DNA from: Diplonema japonicum
Taxonomy: Eukaryota; Protista; Euglenozoa: Diplonemea
Assembly (NCBI GenBank): GCA_964019335.1
Contig: OZ025743.1
Location: forward strand, 124,001-188,000
Reading direction: 5' to 3'
Length of the DNA: 64,000 bases
Shown: positions 52,101 through 63,048 of the stretch, in pieces
How positions within the stretch are numbered: the first letter of the stretch is position 1
Layout: each line of letters starts with the position of its first letter
Notes under the pieces: generated by a model
What the model was told of the DNA's origin: nothing
The model's database searches: none
Seen by the model: only the letters and a program-made list of their open reading frames with translations
Translations under genes and position numbers: made by a program

Positions 52101-52402
52101 CCGTGGGGGTGGTCGATCCCGCTGGTCCAGAAGAAGGACAGGTGGTCGGGGTTGTTCAGGTCCCTGTACAGGAACATGTTCGAGACGCCTGCCTTCTCAA
52201 ACCCGGTGTGGCTGCTCCAAGAGTTGAAGTCGTAGAACTTCTTCGCTGTCATCGCCCTCTCCACAGCAGGGACAGTCCGGCGGTTCTTCCCGTTCTCCTG
52301 CTCCACCACGAACTGCTTCACGTTCCCCACGAAGTTGAGGGGGCATGTTTGAAGAGCAGCTGCCGTCCCGAGGGACAGCACGCACAAGAGCGCGCGCGAC
52401 AT
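49148..52402 (-). CDS. Secreted modular protein, 3 modules (duplicate of 39678-42932)
   Basis: Same translation in the ORF track. Confidence 0.9.
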   Translation of the reverse strand: MSRALLCVLSLGTAAALQTCPLNFVGNVKQFVVEQENGKNRRTVPAVERAMTAKKFYDFNSWSSHTGFEKAGVSNMFLYRDLNNPDHLSFFWTSGIDHPHGNQPSASVDGLISGIPDGVTIAEMDDRSSEFDWTTSSTMGVIDHKQITSGTRNIGCRWRFAQNTDGGAIEGLPTNLNWEMKMTTKFHYGIDTWSFHFGDGSTAQDMDPSEPVYLRPVVTSVDTGVAPYPKTAGKETFCTLVKSDNDGEQLTFTFSWGDDTPDTVVTKTEGNLACAEHDFCGPVSATCGGTAPRKVRVFAKGSGCSAIHKILADEEIDTCPPLNFVGDVKQFVVEQENGKNRRTVPAVERAMTAKQFYDFNSVSAHTGFEKAGTSNMFLYRDLTNPHHLSFFWIHGIDSPQGNQPESDVDALITGIPSGVTIAQSDDRTAEWDWTSSNKLGDITHNGGNIGGHWWFNQNTDGGALDGFPTNLNWEIKIQANFIRGIDTWSFHFGDGSLQQDMDMSEPVYLRPVVTSVDLGVAPYPQVAGAETFCTLVESITQKQLTYTFKWGDETPDTVVTGPAGHVTCASHDFCGPVSATCGGTAPRKVRVFVSKSGCSTVHKILADEEVGTCAPLNFVGNVKQFVVEQENGKNRRTVPAVERAMTAKKFYDFNSWSSHTGFEKAGVSNMFLYRDLNNPDHLSFFWTSGIDHPHGNQPSASVDGLISGIPDGVTIAEMDDRSSEFDWTTSSTMGVIDHKQITSGTRNIGCRWRFAQNTDGGAIEGLPTNLNWEMKMTTKFHYGIDTWSFHFGDGSTAQDMDPSEPVYLRPVVTSVDTGVAPYPKTAGKETFCTLVKSDNDGEQLTYTFKWGDETPDTVVTKAAGSLACAEHDFCGPVSATCGGTVPRNVRVLVASAGCTAVDKILADEEVDDVSCTTADAKVIVGGAAVPANDVNGEMEFSNSEAVLTMIPENMREMRVHTPAAIPKDTAITLTCCGTEVCEFIVSHYHCPPCSGKVNGGFPALLPLAGFESASCAPKWGLAEQKMVSYRVQVDAGTSLVLPETTEEATSFVIFSKIGELADPWCQKAKKFGCGGPCPPSKCTC

Positions 52403-52866
52403 TTCTTTTTTTAGTAAAAAAAAAAAAAAAAAACGGAAACCTGCGAGGACGTGTCATACGGAAAGCTGGTGGTATAAGGAAAGAATCCCTTCGTTAGTGA
52501 CATGTGAGCACAGAAGAAGTAACGTCCGACGTGATGCCACCAGAGGGATAAGCAAGGAGAAGCCCAGTTCAACAGAGTCGAGTCAGGCAGACTCAGAGGG
52601 CGAAGATGAAATACCACGCAGGTATAGAACTGCAAACTCAATGCAAAACAAAAAGAGCGAGAAAATGGGGGGAGGGGGGAAATAGTGTAAACTGGGGGGG
52701 GGGGGGGGGGAATATCAAAAAAAGAGAGGGAAATAATGTAGTGTAGCAGGAAGGGAACGAAAAGAAAAAAAGAAAAAAGAGAGAGGGGCGGTTTGTAGGT
52801 AGAAGCAAAGTGCTCATAACGCGAGTATTATATACATGGGCTTTTTGCAAACAATTCTGTAAACGG

Positions 52867-52897
<31 letters not shown>

Positions 52898-53097
52898 AAA
52901 AACAAATAGCAAAAAAAAAAGTAAATAGACCGGTGGTTCGATAAAGGTGGCTTCTTAGTTAGCTACCAAATGAAGAAGAAAAAAAGCAAGAAATATGGGG
53001 GAGGAGAGCGAAGGGTTTTTGTACAATAATTGTGACTGCGGTCTGACTATCTTCCTTTTTTTTTGTTTTGTTTTTGTTCCTATTATTATTCTACTCC

Positions 53098-55476
53098 CTA
53101 CTTCTCACACGTGCAGACGGTAGGGGGGCAGGGACCGCCACACCCACTCCTAGTCGGCTTCGGGCACCAAGGATCATCCAGCTCACCAAACTTGCTGAAG
53201 ATGACGAAGGAGGAGGCCTCCTCGGTGGTCTCGGGAAGGACCAGAGAGGCCCCCGCATCCAATCGAATCCTGTACGACACCATCCTCTGCTCTGTCGATC
53301 CCCACCTGGGAGCGCAGGAGGCCGACTCGAACCCAGACAGAGGGAGCAGAGCGGGGAAGCCACCGTTCTCCTTCTTCGAGCACGGAGGGCAGTGGTAGTG
53401 CGACACGATGAACTCGCAGTTCTTGCTCCCGCAGCATGTGAGGGTGATGGCGGTGCCCTTCGGTATAGTCCCAGGGGTGTGAACCTGCATGTCCCTCATG
53501 TTCTCGGGGATCCTCGTCAGCACCGCGTTGTTGTTGCTGAAGTCCATCCCGTTCACGTTGTGCCCAGTAAGAAGGTTCTTGTCGATGCTCACCTTCACGC
53601 CCTCGTGGTTCCCGCAGGTCACATCGTCCACCCTCTCATCCGCAAGCAGCCACCCGACTTCGTTGCAGCCCGTCTTCTTCACGAACACACGAACCTTGCG
53701 GGGCACCGTTCCACCACAGGTCGCCGAGGCGACTCCACAGAAGTTGTGCGACGCACAGGTAACATGGCCAGCAGGTCCAGTCACAACAGTGTCGGGGGTG
53801 TTGTCGCCCCACTTGAAGGTGTAGGTCAGCTGCTGCTGTGTGATGGACTCCACGAGGGTGCAGAAGGTCTCAGGACCGGCCACCTGAGGGTAAGGAGCCA
53901 CCCCAAGATCCACAGAGGTCACCACAGGGCGAAGGTACACAGGCTCGCTCATGTCCATGTCCTGCTGCAGGGACCCGTCGCCGAAGTGGAAGGACCAGGT
54001 GTCGATCCCCCTGATGAAGTTCGCTTGGATCTTGATCTCCCAGTTCAGGTTCGTGGGGAAGCCGTCAAGAGCACCACCGTCGGTGTTCTGGTGGAACCAC
54101 CAGTGCCCTCCCACGCTCAATGGTGGCGAGGCCGCCTTCTGGTGGTTGATGACACCCACTGTGTTACTGGTGGTCCAGTCCCACTCGGCCGTCCTGTCGT
54201 CGCTCTGCGCAATGGAGACACCTCCCGGGATCCCAGTGATGAGGGCGTCAACGTCGGACACTGGCTGGCTGCCCGGGGGGCTGTCGATACCGTGGATCCA
54301 GAAGAAGGACAGGTGCGTGGGGTTCGTGAGGTCCCTGTACAGGAACATGTTCGAGGTCTTAGCCTTCTCAAACCCGGTGTGCGCGCTCACAGAGCGGAAG
54401 TCGTAGAACTGCTTCGCTGTCATCGCCTGCTCCACAGCAGGGACAGTCCGGCGGTTCTTCCCGTTCTCCTGCTCCACCACGAACTGCTTCACGTCCCCCA
54501 CGAAGTTCAGCGGCGGGCAGGTGTCGATCTCCTCATCTGCAAGGATCTTGTGAACTGGGGTGCAACCGGACCCCTTCGCAAACACACGCACCTTGCGGGG
54601 GGCCGTCCCACCACAGGTAGCCGACACAGGACCGCAGAAGTCGTGCTCGGCACAGGCAAGGTTTCCTTCCGTCTTCGTCACAACAGTGTCGGGGGTATCG
54701 TCGCCCCAGCTGAAGGTGAAGGTCAGCTGCTCCCCATCGATGTCCGACTTCACAAGGGTGCAGAAGGTCTCCTTCCCTGGTGTTTGGGGGTAGGGGGCAA
54801 CACCGGTGTCCACAGAGGTCAACACAGGGCGAAGGTACACAGGCTCCGAGGGGTCCATGTCCTGTGCCACAGACCCGTCGCCGAAGTGGAACTGCCACGT
54901 GTCGATTCCGTAGTTGAACCTTGTCTGCACCTTCAGCTCCCAGTTCAGGTTCGTGGGAAGCCCTTCGATGGCACCACCGTCGGTGTTCTTGGCGAATCTC
55001 CAACGGCCACCGACGTTGAACGGGGCTCCGATCCCCTTGTTGTGGTTGATGCTGCCGAGAGAGGAGCTGGTGGTCCAGTCCCACTCAGCGGCCCTGTCGT
55101 CTCTCTCGGCGATGGTGACCCCATCAGGGACACCAGACACAAGACCATCGACAGAAGCGGAGGGCTGGTTGCCGTGGGGGTGGTCGATACCATGGGTCCA
55201 GAAGAAGGACAGGTGCGTGGGGTTGTTCAGGTCCCTGTACAGGAACATGTTGGAGACGCGTGCCTTCTCAAACCCGGTGTGGCTGCTCCAAGAGTTGAAG
55301 TCGTAGAACTCTTTCGGGGTTTTATTGCTCTCCACGGCCGGTACCTTGCGGCGGTTCTTCCCGTTCTCCTGCTCCACCACGAACTGCTTCACGGTCCCCA
55401 CGAAGGTGAGGGGGCATGTTTGGACAGCAGCTGCCGTCCCGAGGGACAGCAAGATGCACGCGAAAGCACGCGACAT
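53098..55476 (-). CDS. Secreted modular protein, 2 modules (duplicate of 43623-46001)
   Basis: Same translation except TAIT versus TAMT. Confidence 0.88.
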   Translation of the reverse strand: MSRAFACILLSLGTAAAVQTCPLTFVGTVKQFVVEQENGKNRRKVPAVESNKTPKEFYDFNSWSSHTGFEKARVSNMFLYRDLNNPTHLSFFWTHGIDHPHGNQPSASVDGLVSGVPDGVTIAERDDRAAEWDWTTSSSLGSINHNKGIGAPFNVGGRWRFAKNTDGGAIEGLPTNLNWELKVQTRFNYGIDTWQFHFGDGSVAQDMDPSEPVYLRPVLTSVDTGVAPYPQTPGKETFCTLVKSDIDGEQLTFTFSWGDDTPDTVVTKTEGNLACAEHDFCGPVSATCGGTAPRKVRVFAKGSGCTPVHKILADEEIDTCPPLNFVGDVKQFVVEQENGKNRRTVPAVEQAMTAKQFYDFRSVSAHTGFEKAKTSNMFLYRDLTNPTHLSFFWIHGIDSPPGSQPVSDVDALITGIPGGVSIAQSDDRTAEWDWTTSNTVGVINHQKAASPPLSVGGHWWFHQNTDGGALDGFPTNLNWEIKIQANFIRGIDTWSFHFGDGSLQQDMDMSEPVYLRPVVTSVDLGVAPYPQVAGPETFCTLVESITQQQLTYTFKWGDNTPDTVVTGPAGHVTCASHNFCGVASATCGGTVPRKVRVFVKKTGCNEVGWLLADERVDDVTCGNHEGVKVSIDKNLLTGHNVNGMDFSNNNAVLTRIPENMRDMQVHTPGTIPKGTAITLTCCGSKNCEFIVSHYHCPPCSKKENGGFPALLPLSGFESASCAPRWGSTEQRMVSYRIRLDAGASLVLPETTEEASSFVIFSKFGELDDPWCPKPTRSGCGGPCPPTVCTCEK

Positions 55477-56709
55477 ATTGAGGTAGGTAAACCTTTGACA
55501 ATGGTGTGGGAGAAGAAAGAAAAAAAAAAACATTGATAAAAAAAAGTGGAGAAGGGGGGGGGGGGGGGGGGGGCGGGTTTGGGTATTTTGAATAAAAAAA
55601 AAACAAAATGAAAAAAGAGGGCAAACACAAAGAAAATGGAGAGGCAATGTGGAAAGGAACTTTTTTTTTTTTTGAAGCTCTCCTGCTTTAATGTTGAAAA
55701 AGAGATAGCGGTATGATAGCAAAAAAGATAAAAAGTGTGAAATAGAAGGAAGAAAAAAAGAAATCCAGGAAAAAAAAAAGCCCTGAGGATTCCTCCTATT
55801 TGAAACCTGTCTTTCTTGCCCGGCTTCTTATCAAACCAACATTTGAGGAATTAAAGAAGAGACAAAAAAAAGGGGGGGGAGGGGGACGAGAAAAAAGGAT
55901 TTTTATTCAAGATTATGAATTGAGTGGTTATTGTTTTATTTTTACTGTATGGAAAAAAACAAAATGAAAAGTGCTAAAAAAAAAAAGGGAAAGAAAATAA
56001 ATAAGACAGAAAATGAAACCCTAATCAAGAGAAGTAAAAAAAAAAAAAAGAAAAAAAAAATGATACAAAAAAAAAAAGAAAAAAAAGAACACAAGCACAC
56101 GGAAAGGAAGAAAGTTAAAAAAGAAAAAAAAAAACAGAAAAGTTAAAAGCGCCCCGCGCTTGCTTCTTTCAGGTTTTTTTTCTCTCCTTTTTTTCTTCCC
56201 CTCCCCAACTTCAAGTAGTCTTTTTTATTTCTTTTTTTTTTTTTTTGCATTTCATACTTTTTTTTTCTTTCCCCCCCTTAAATAGGGTTTGATTTCATTT
56301 CTGTCCTCACTGGTCGCAATAAGAAAAATAAGGATAAAAAAAGAAGAAGAAAAAAATGGATGTTAAGGATACCTCCGCTGAAATTCCTTGTACCGCATGA
56401 TGTGGCTAAAAACACGGTCTGCGACTACCCCATGCCCAGAGACAAAGTGGGTGCATCCAATAACCAATGTCAAAATGCCTCATCTTTCAAAGTACAAAAG
56501 TGTGATTCACGGGGTAAAAAAAAAAAAGGTCTGGAAAAGGAAAACTGCAGCAAGCCAAAAGGGGGATAGATTAAAAGAAGGTCAAGAAAGAGGTGGAGGG
56601 GTAACGAGTTATTTCTTTTTTCTCTTTTTCTTAAAAAAAAGAAAAAAAAATAGAAATTGCTCCTTCCCTTCACCCCTACTTCACATCTTGAGAACACTAT
56701 TTAACCCTT

Positions 56710-58188
56710 TCAGATGCTGCATGTGCACTTTGTAGGGGGACAGGGACCGCCACACCCGGCCTTCTTCGCCTTCTGGCACCACGGGTCCGCCATCTCACCA
56801 ATCTTGCTGAAGATGACGAAGGATGTGGCCTCCTCGGTGGTCTCGGGAAGGACCAGAGAGGTCCCCGCATCCACCTGAACCCTGTACGACACCATCTTCT
56901 GCTCTGCCAACCCCCACTTGGGAGCGCAGGAGGCCGACTCGAACCCAGCCAGAGGGAGCAGGGCGGGGAAGCCACCGTTCACCTTCCCCGAGCACGGAGG
57001 GCAGTGGTAGTGCGACACGATGAACTCGCAGACCTCAGTCCCGCAGCATGTGAGGGTGATGGCGGTGTCCTTGGGAATGGCAGCAGGGGTGTGCACCCTC
57101 ATCTCCCTCATGTTCTCGGGGATCATCGTCAGCACCGCCTCGCTGTTGCTGAACTCCATCTCCCCGTTCACATCGTTGGCGGGAACGGCGGCGCCACCGA
57201 CAATCACCTTGGCGTCGGCAGTGGTGCAGCTCACATCGTCCACCTCCTCGTCAGCGAGGATCTTGTCAACTGCGGTGCACCCTGCAGACGCGACGAGCAC
57301 ACGGACATTACGGGGAACAGTCCCACCACAGGTAGCCGACACAGGACCGCAGAAGTCGTGCTCGGCACAGGCAAGGCTCCCAGCCGCCTTCGTCACAACA
57401 GTGTCGGGGGTCTCGTCGCCCCACTTGAAGGTGTAGGTCAGCTGCTCCCCATCGTTGTCCGACTTCACAAGGGTGCAGAAGGTCTCCTTCCCTGCCGTCT
57501 TGGGGTAGGGGGCAACACCGGTGTCCACAGAGGTCACCACAGGGCGAAGGTACACAGGCTCCGAGGGGTCCATGTCCTGTGCGGTGGACCCGTCGCCAAA
57601 GTGGAAGGACCAGGTGTCGATCCCGTAGTGGAACTTCGTGGTCATCTTCATCTCCCAGTTCAGGTTCGTGGGAAGCCCTTCGATGGCACCACCGTCGGTG
57701 TTCTGGGCGAATCTCCAACGGCAACCGATGTTCCTGGTCCCAGAGGTGATCTGCTTGTGGTCGATGACACCCATTGTGCTGCTGGTGGTCCAGTCAAACT
57801 CAGAAGACCTGTCGTCCATTTCAGCAATGGTGACCCCATCGGGGATGCCGCTGATGAGACCGTCGACAGAAGCGGAGGGCTGGTTGCCGTGGGGGTGGTC
57901 GATCCCGCTGGTCCAGAAGAAGGACAGGTGGTCGGGGTTGTTCAGGTCCCTGTACAGGAACATGTTCGAGACGCCTGCCTTCTCAAACCCGGTGTGGCTG
58001 CTCCAAGAGTTGAAGTCGTAGAACTTCTTCGCTGTCATCGCCCTCTCCACAGCAGGGACAGTCCGGCGGTTCTTCCCGTTCTCCTGCTCCACCACGAACT
58101 GCTTCACGTTCCCCACAAAGGTGAGGGGGCATGTCTGGGCAACTGCCGTCCCGAGGGAGAGCAGGACACAGGCGAAAGTGCGTGACAT
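56710..58188 (-). CDS. Secreted modular protein, 1 module plus Cys-rich C-terminal domain
   Basis: 492-aa ORF with signal peptide MSRTFACVLLSLGTAVA. Confidence 0.9.
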   Translation of the reverse strand: MSRTFACVLLSLGTAVAQTCPLTFVGNVKQFVVEQENGKNRRTVPAVERAMTAKKFYDFNSWSSHTGFEKAGVSNMFLYRDLNNPDHLSFFWTSGIDHPHGNQPSASVDGLISGIPDGVTIAEMDDRSSEFDWTTSSTMGVIDHKQITSGTRNIGCRWRFAQNTDGGAIEGLPTNLNWEMKMTTKFHYGIDTWSFHFGDGSTAQDMDPSEPVYLRPVVTSVDTGVAPYPKTAGKETFCTLVKSDNDGEQLTYTFKWGDETPDTVVTKAAGSLACAEHDFCGPVSATCGGTVPRNVRVLVASAGCTAVDKILADEEVDDVSCTTADAKVIVGGAAVPANDVNGEMEFSNSEAVLTMIPENMREMRVHTPAAIPKDTAITLTCCGTEVCEFIVSHYHCPPCSGKVNGGFPALLPLAGFESASCAPKWGLAEQKMVSYRVQVDAGTSLVLPETTEEATSFVIFSKIGEMADPWCQKAKKAGCGGPCPPTKCTCSI

Positions 58189-59223
58189 TTTTTTTTTTGT
58201 TTTTTTTTTTTTTTGTTGTAAAAGAAGAAAAAGGGGGGGAAAAAAAGGTTTAAGATCTGTTTGAATTTTGTATCAAGCAAGCAGGGGGGAGGGGGGGAAA
58301 TAAAAAAAAGCAAAGTTTACTTTCCCCAGAAGAGGAACAAAAGAGAGAGGTTCATTCTATTCCCCCCCCCCCCCCCCCTCCCCCCTTTCCTATTTGTCCG
58401 ATTTCATCTCCACTTGCCGCAGCCTGTCCACCTCGTCTTGTCTGGGCACGTTTCAAGATGTTCGTTCGGCTGTGCGGGAGTCGGTGGCTGACGATCACCG
58501 GCTTTCCTTCTCAACCTCCTCCTGCTGCTGTAGAACCGCCTTCGTCCCGTCGCTGGCTTTCTGCGCAAGATATCAGTACCTCTAGGTGGCTGCTCCCGTC
58601 TACGGAGTGCCCCGAGATTCTTGGCCTTCTTCTTGAAATTTCCATTTTTTTTTCCACATTTCTTTTATTGAAGTGGGGGGGGGGGGGCAGGAAGAAAACT
58701 AAAAACAAAGAAATATAGAGAAGATAAAGAAAAAAATGGAGAGGGGGGCACAAAAAAAAAAAGAATCCCCCCCCCTCCCCTTCTGTTATGTGCTACAACG
58801 TGCCATTTTGATGGGAAAAAAAAAACAAAAAAAAAAAAAGGGGAACAACGGGGATAATAGGAGACACGACAAACAAAAAAAAAAAAGCAAACAAAGAAGG
58901 GAAGAGGGGGTGAAAGAAGGGGATGTAGCGTAGAAAAAAAAAAAAAAAAAGAGGAGAAAGAAGAAGAAGAAGAAGAAGAAAAAGAAGTTCCCTGAGGCTA
59001 CTTCTCTCTCATTCTTTCATCTCCCCCCCCCCCCCCCTCCCCCCTCCCCTCCCCCTCTTCAATTCTTTTTTTACCTCCTTCCCCTTCCACCCCCGTATTT
59101 TTGAAACACTTTCTTTTTTTTTCATATTTTTTTTTTTTTTTTCAATCTTCCTCTTCCTCTAATTTTCTCAGGGCATCCCCAATCTTATCGACTTCTAATT
59201 TTTTTTTTAAAAATTTTTTTTAA

Positions 59224-60211
59224 TTATTTCCCACCCAACAAACCTTCTTCATCTTGCACACCCTCCATATCCTCTGTATCATGCATTGAAAGCTCAGGGG
59301 GTGGGTTGGGCTGCGCACGGGTTTCGTCCTCCTGAGGTTCCTCCTTGGGGGTGAGAAGTTTTGCAGTGGCGGACCCGTACCCGGTTAAAATCTTCCGTTT
59401 TTTAAGCGCGGCCGCTTTTTGATACTTTTCAGCGTATTTCCTTTTAAGCACAGAACGCTTCTCCTCGTAGGCGGCACGACGGCCGAGTGCATCGTCGTCC
59501 TCGGCGGTTTTGGCAAGGTCTTCCTCCCAAGAGAAGATGTACTTTGTCGTTTTCCGGCCTTGCCCTGGGATCGGGACATCGGTGAGCTTGTGGTGCATTA
59601 AGCCGTTTCGGTTTTCAGCTATTCTATCAGCCGAGAAGTCGAGAACAAGCCTTTTCGGTGGATACGAGATCTTGACGTCTGTGGCTGTCTCCCTGAAAAC
59701 GAAGGCAGATTCACGTTGATGCATGAGCCGGCCGTCATATGTGTTGACAACGTTGTACTCTTCCGGCAGGCGTTCGCCTGATGGAAGGGAAGGTGCGTTC
59801 CAGGAAGCTTCTATCAATGTCTCGTGTTGTAGTTCCTTCACCTTTCTCTGCTTATCGTCGTCTACCTTTTTGCTCGGAAGCAGGAATTCCGCATCGATTT
59901 TCCCAGTCAAATCTCGTTTCCAGTAGAGCATCGAGCCTTCATACTGGACATCGTCAGCGTTGTGTTTTTTCGCCAGCTGTTCCTTGTTCTCAAGCTCAAA
60001 AAAGTCGACCCCTTCGGGCACCAATCTGTCCACAGGGAGCGGGTCCGAGGTCTCGAAGTGCGCCAAAAGCATTTCCCTTTCTTCTCGAATCACCGGGTCT
60101 TCTGTCTGAATTTCTTTGACTGATACGAGGTTTGCCCTTCGGTCAGTTGGATGCAGGAGTTCGTTCTTTACCTTTTTTTGTTTTTTTTTTTGTTGTTGTT
60201 GTAGAAAAAAG

Positions 60212-60247
<36 letters not shown>

Positions 60248-62134
60248 TCCCTTTTTTTTACCTTTTTGTTGTTCCTGTCCATGATTGTTGTCTGTGCGAT
60301 GGTCTTCAAGACCTCTTCGATCGCCTTCGCGGTCGCTACCTTTTTTTATTTGAATAAAAAAAAAAAAAAAAAAAAACATTACCCTCTTGTTTCTCTGCCC
60401 CTCCGTGACATTGAATCGCTTCATTTCTTCAACATAAAGTACGCCCCACAACACCCATGCCTCCTGCCATTGCTCCAAGTCAGATGGGGTGTGCGGGCTG
60501 TTCAGCTCAGGGTAAATGAGCTCATTCGGGAGAGAAGTTAGAGTAGATGAAGGGGTGACGGACAAGAAAGTATTCTTGAGCGAAGAGAGGGCGGCGGGGG
60601 AGCAGTGCGAAGCGAGCTTCAATGTTTGCTGTCTGAGAAGCTTGAAAGAGGCACGGAAGCGAGGATCATCACTCAACGCCCTGAGGATGGTGTCCTTCTC
60701 CTTGTTGTTGTTGAGACCAAGCCCGAGTACTTCTCCCGTTCTAACAAGCACGATGAGCCATTGATTGTCGATGGTGTCAGTGGCAGAGAAACTCTTTTTG
60801 ATCCCTGCGGCGAACCTTGCTTGGCGTTCTGAGTCCTTCTCACGCGCGTCTCTTGTTTTACGCAGTTCGACGAGAGACTCTTCCATGACCTGTCTCTTCG
60901 CCTTTCTCTTTGAGCCTCGCAAACCAATCTCAGTGTATGCTGGCCTCACCGTGAAGATGGGGACCTTTCCGCGTCCCTTCCAAACATCACGCTCCGAGTT
61001 GCGGTCGTAAGGAATCTGCGAGATTAAAAGCTGTTTGTCCCGCGCATCGATTTGAGGCTGGTGGTGCGGTGCCCTGCCCTTGCCGTACACAGACGGGCTT
61101 GTCATGTTAATGTCGCCGACACCGACCCAGTCTATGTGCGACAGCAGTTTCTTGTTCCACTCGAGCTCCAGCTGTGTTGGTTTGTATTCTGTTACGTCTT
61201 CCAAGCTCGGCACGGGTTTCATTAGTCTAGGGTACCTTGGTGCCATCGGTGTTGCTAGAGCGAATGTGGTGTTGGTGGATATGGCCTGTTCGATTTGCCC
61301 CATCAAGGTTTTCGCCTGTCGTTTCCTTTGGCTTCGTTGCTCCTCAACCTCCGCCCGCTCCTTGTCGTGGCCGTACTTTTTGTAGATCCGGTCTTTCTCC
61401 GCTTTCTCGTTCTCGTGTTTCTTCAGCCGAACGGAGTGCACCACCTGCTGTTTCTTCGCGCGCCTTTTCTCGACGGGTTCCTCGTCGGGCAGCACCAGGC
61501 CCTCAGCGGCGTTCACGATGTCAACATTGAAGTCATTCCGCGGTTTTCCTAACTCTGCACTAGTTAAATCGTCAAGTACTGCTTGGGTGTACTCGTCAGG
61601 GGCTGCCAGGTCCACCACGGCAGAGGTGTTGTCCATCTCCTCCAGCTGTTCTATCTCCTGCGAAGTGACCAACGGGGTAACATTCATCCTTCTCATCTGC
61701 CTCGTGTGCGGCCTTACGATCTGGTCGAAGTTTACGTTGGAGTCCGCAGTGGTGTCCTTGGACCGCGTCCGAAAGCTCTCCATGCTGACAGAGTGAATGT
61801 CAAACCCTGCATCACCGTCGCCACCCCCTGAGTATATGTCGTCCGTGTCCTGCGAAGGAGGGGGACCCGTTACTACAGAGTGCGCTGACTCCGGAGGGCC
61901 CAACGATACCTCAGACTTCACCCCGCTTTGAAATGATCCCTTTTTTTTTTTTTTTTTTTTTTTTTTGGTTCTTTTGTCGGACACACCTTGCTTGTCAGCG
62001 ACTCATACACTGTGCTGCCACCCTTCGTGCTCCCGTGATCCGTTGTGGGGTTCCCCGTCACCGTCGTGAAGTTGTTCCGCGACAATGCTGTCACTGCTGA
62101 GTTCTTGCCGGTCTATAGGGGGGTTTTTATTTTG

Positions 62135-62179
<45 letters not shown>

Positions 62180-62677
62180 TACCACACGAGACAGCATCTC
62201 CGTTTCTACGAGAGGTTGATGAGGAGGCCTCGGTTCTTGCTTGACATGGTCGAAGCTTCTCCCTGAAAGCTCCACAGACGGAGAGGTGAGGGAAATGTCC
62301 CCTGAGGGCCCAAGTGAGTTTTCCAACGGTGTGGCTAAAGGAGTCACCAGACCAGAATTGATGGACCCAGCGCTCGAAAGTGTTGCACCGGCAGAGACGG
62401 TGCTGACATCGCTGAAGGCTGCGGGGCCTGCCCTCCCTGGATCGATGGAGAGGAGGCTGCTGACACTGCCACCGGAAGGCACGCTGGGAATGCTCCCCTT
62501 GCTCAGTTTACTGACTTCCGACAAATTGTCGGTTCCCACAATGCTTGTCCCCACACCGCTCCCTGCGTAACCCACACCCCCCGAGACCGATGAGGGCACG
62601 TGGACTGACACCCCCGACACCTGGGACCCGTCCTTCTCTACCCCTTCTCCAGGTTCTTTTTTAACATTGGGCGGCAT
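59224..62677 (-). CDS. PAF1: Paf1-like RNA polymerase II elongation factor with a long Ser-rich N-terminus; exons 62183-62677, 61987-62112, 60383-61939, 60262-60339, 59224-60171 (1067 aa)
   Basis: Four phase-0 GT-AG introns join three ORFs into one frame. YKPTQLELEWNKKLLS, IDARDKQLL, AGIKKSF and LHPTD...VSVKEI resemble conserved Paf1 blocks as I recall them. Confidence 0.68.
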
Positions 62678-63048
62678 TTTCTTTTTCCTTCTTCTTTTTC
62701 CCTTTTTTTGGGGGGGGGGCTTTTAATTTTATATAAATAGAGTTACTAAAAAAACAAAAACAAAACAAAAAAAAAAACTGATTTTCTTTTTTCTTTTTTT
62801 TTTTTTCCTCCTCCCAATGGATATGTTGTGTCATCATTTCTCGTCCTGCCCCCTTTTCTGCAAGAGGGGGGGCTATGCAAGGTCGCCGGGAATTAAAAAA
62901 AAAAAAAAAAAAAAAAAAAACGGTGGAAGAGTTAGACACTGCGAAAAAAAAACGGAAAAAAAAAAAACGAAAAAAAAAAACAAAGAGAGAGAGATTTCCC
63001 TCCCTCTTTTTTTTTTTTTCTCTCCCTTGCGGGGGTCCGTCTTTTTTT

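Larger units (their letters stand above)
37065..55536. repeat. Tandem segmental duplication with a period of ~9470 bp (37065-~46057 and 46535-~55536)
   Basis: Near-identical sequence, with the ORF track repeated at offset 9470-9475. Confidence 0.95.

Noticed and set aside
58394-58650. GC-rich patch that could be a small gene or exon
   Set aside because: No convincing frame, start or homology.
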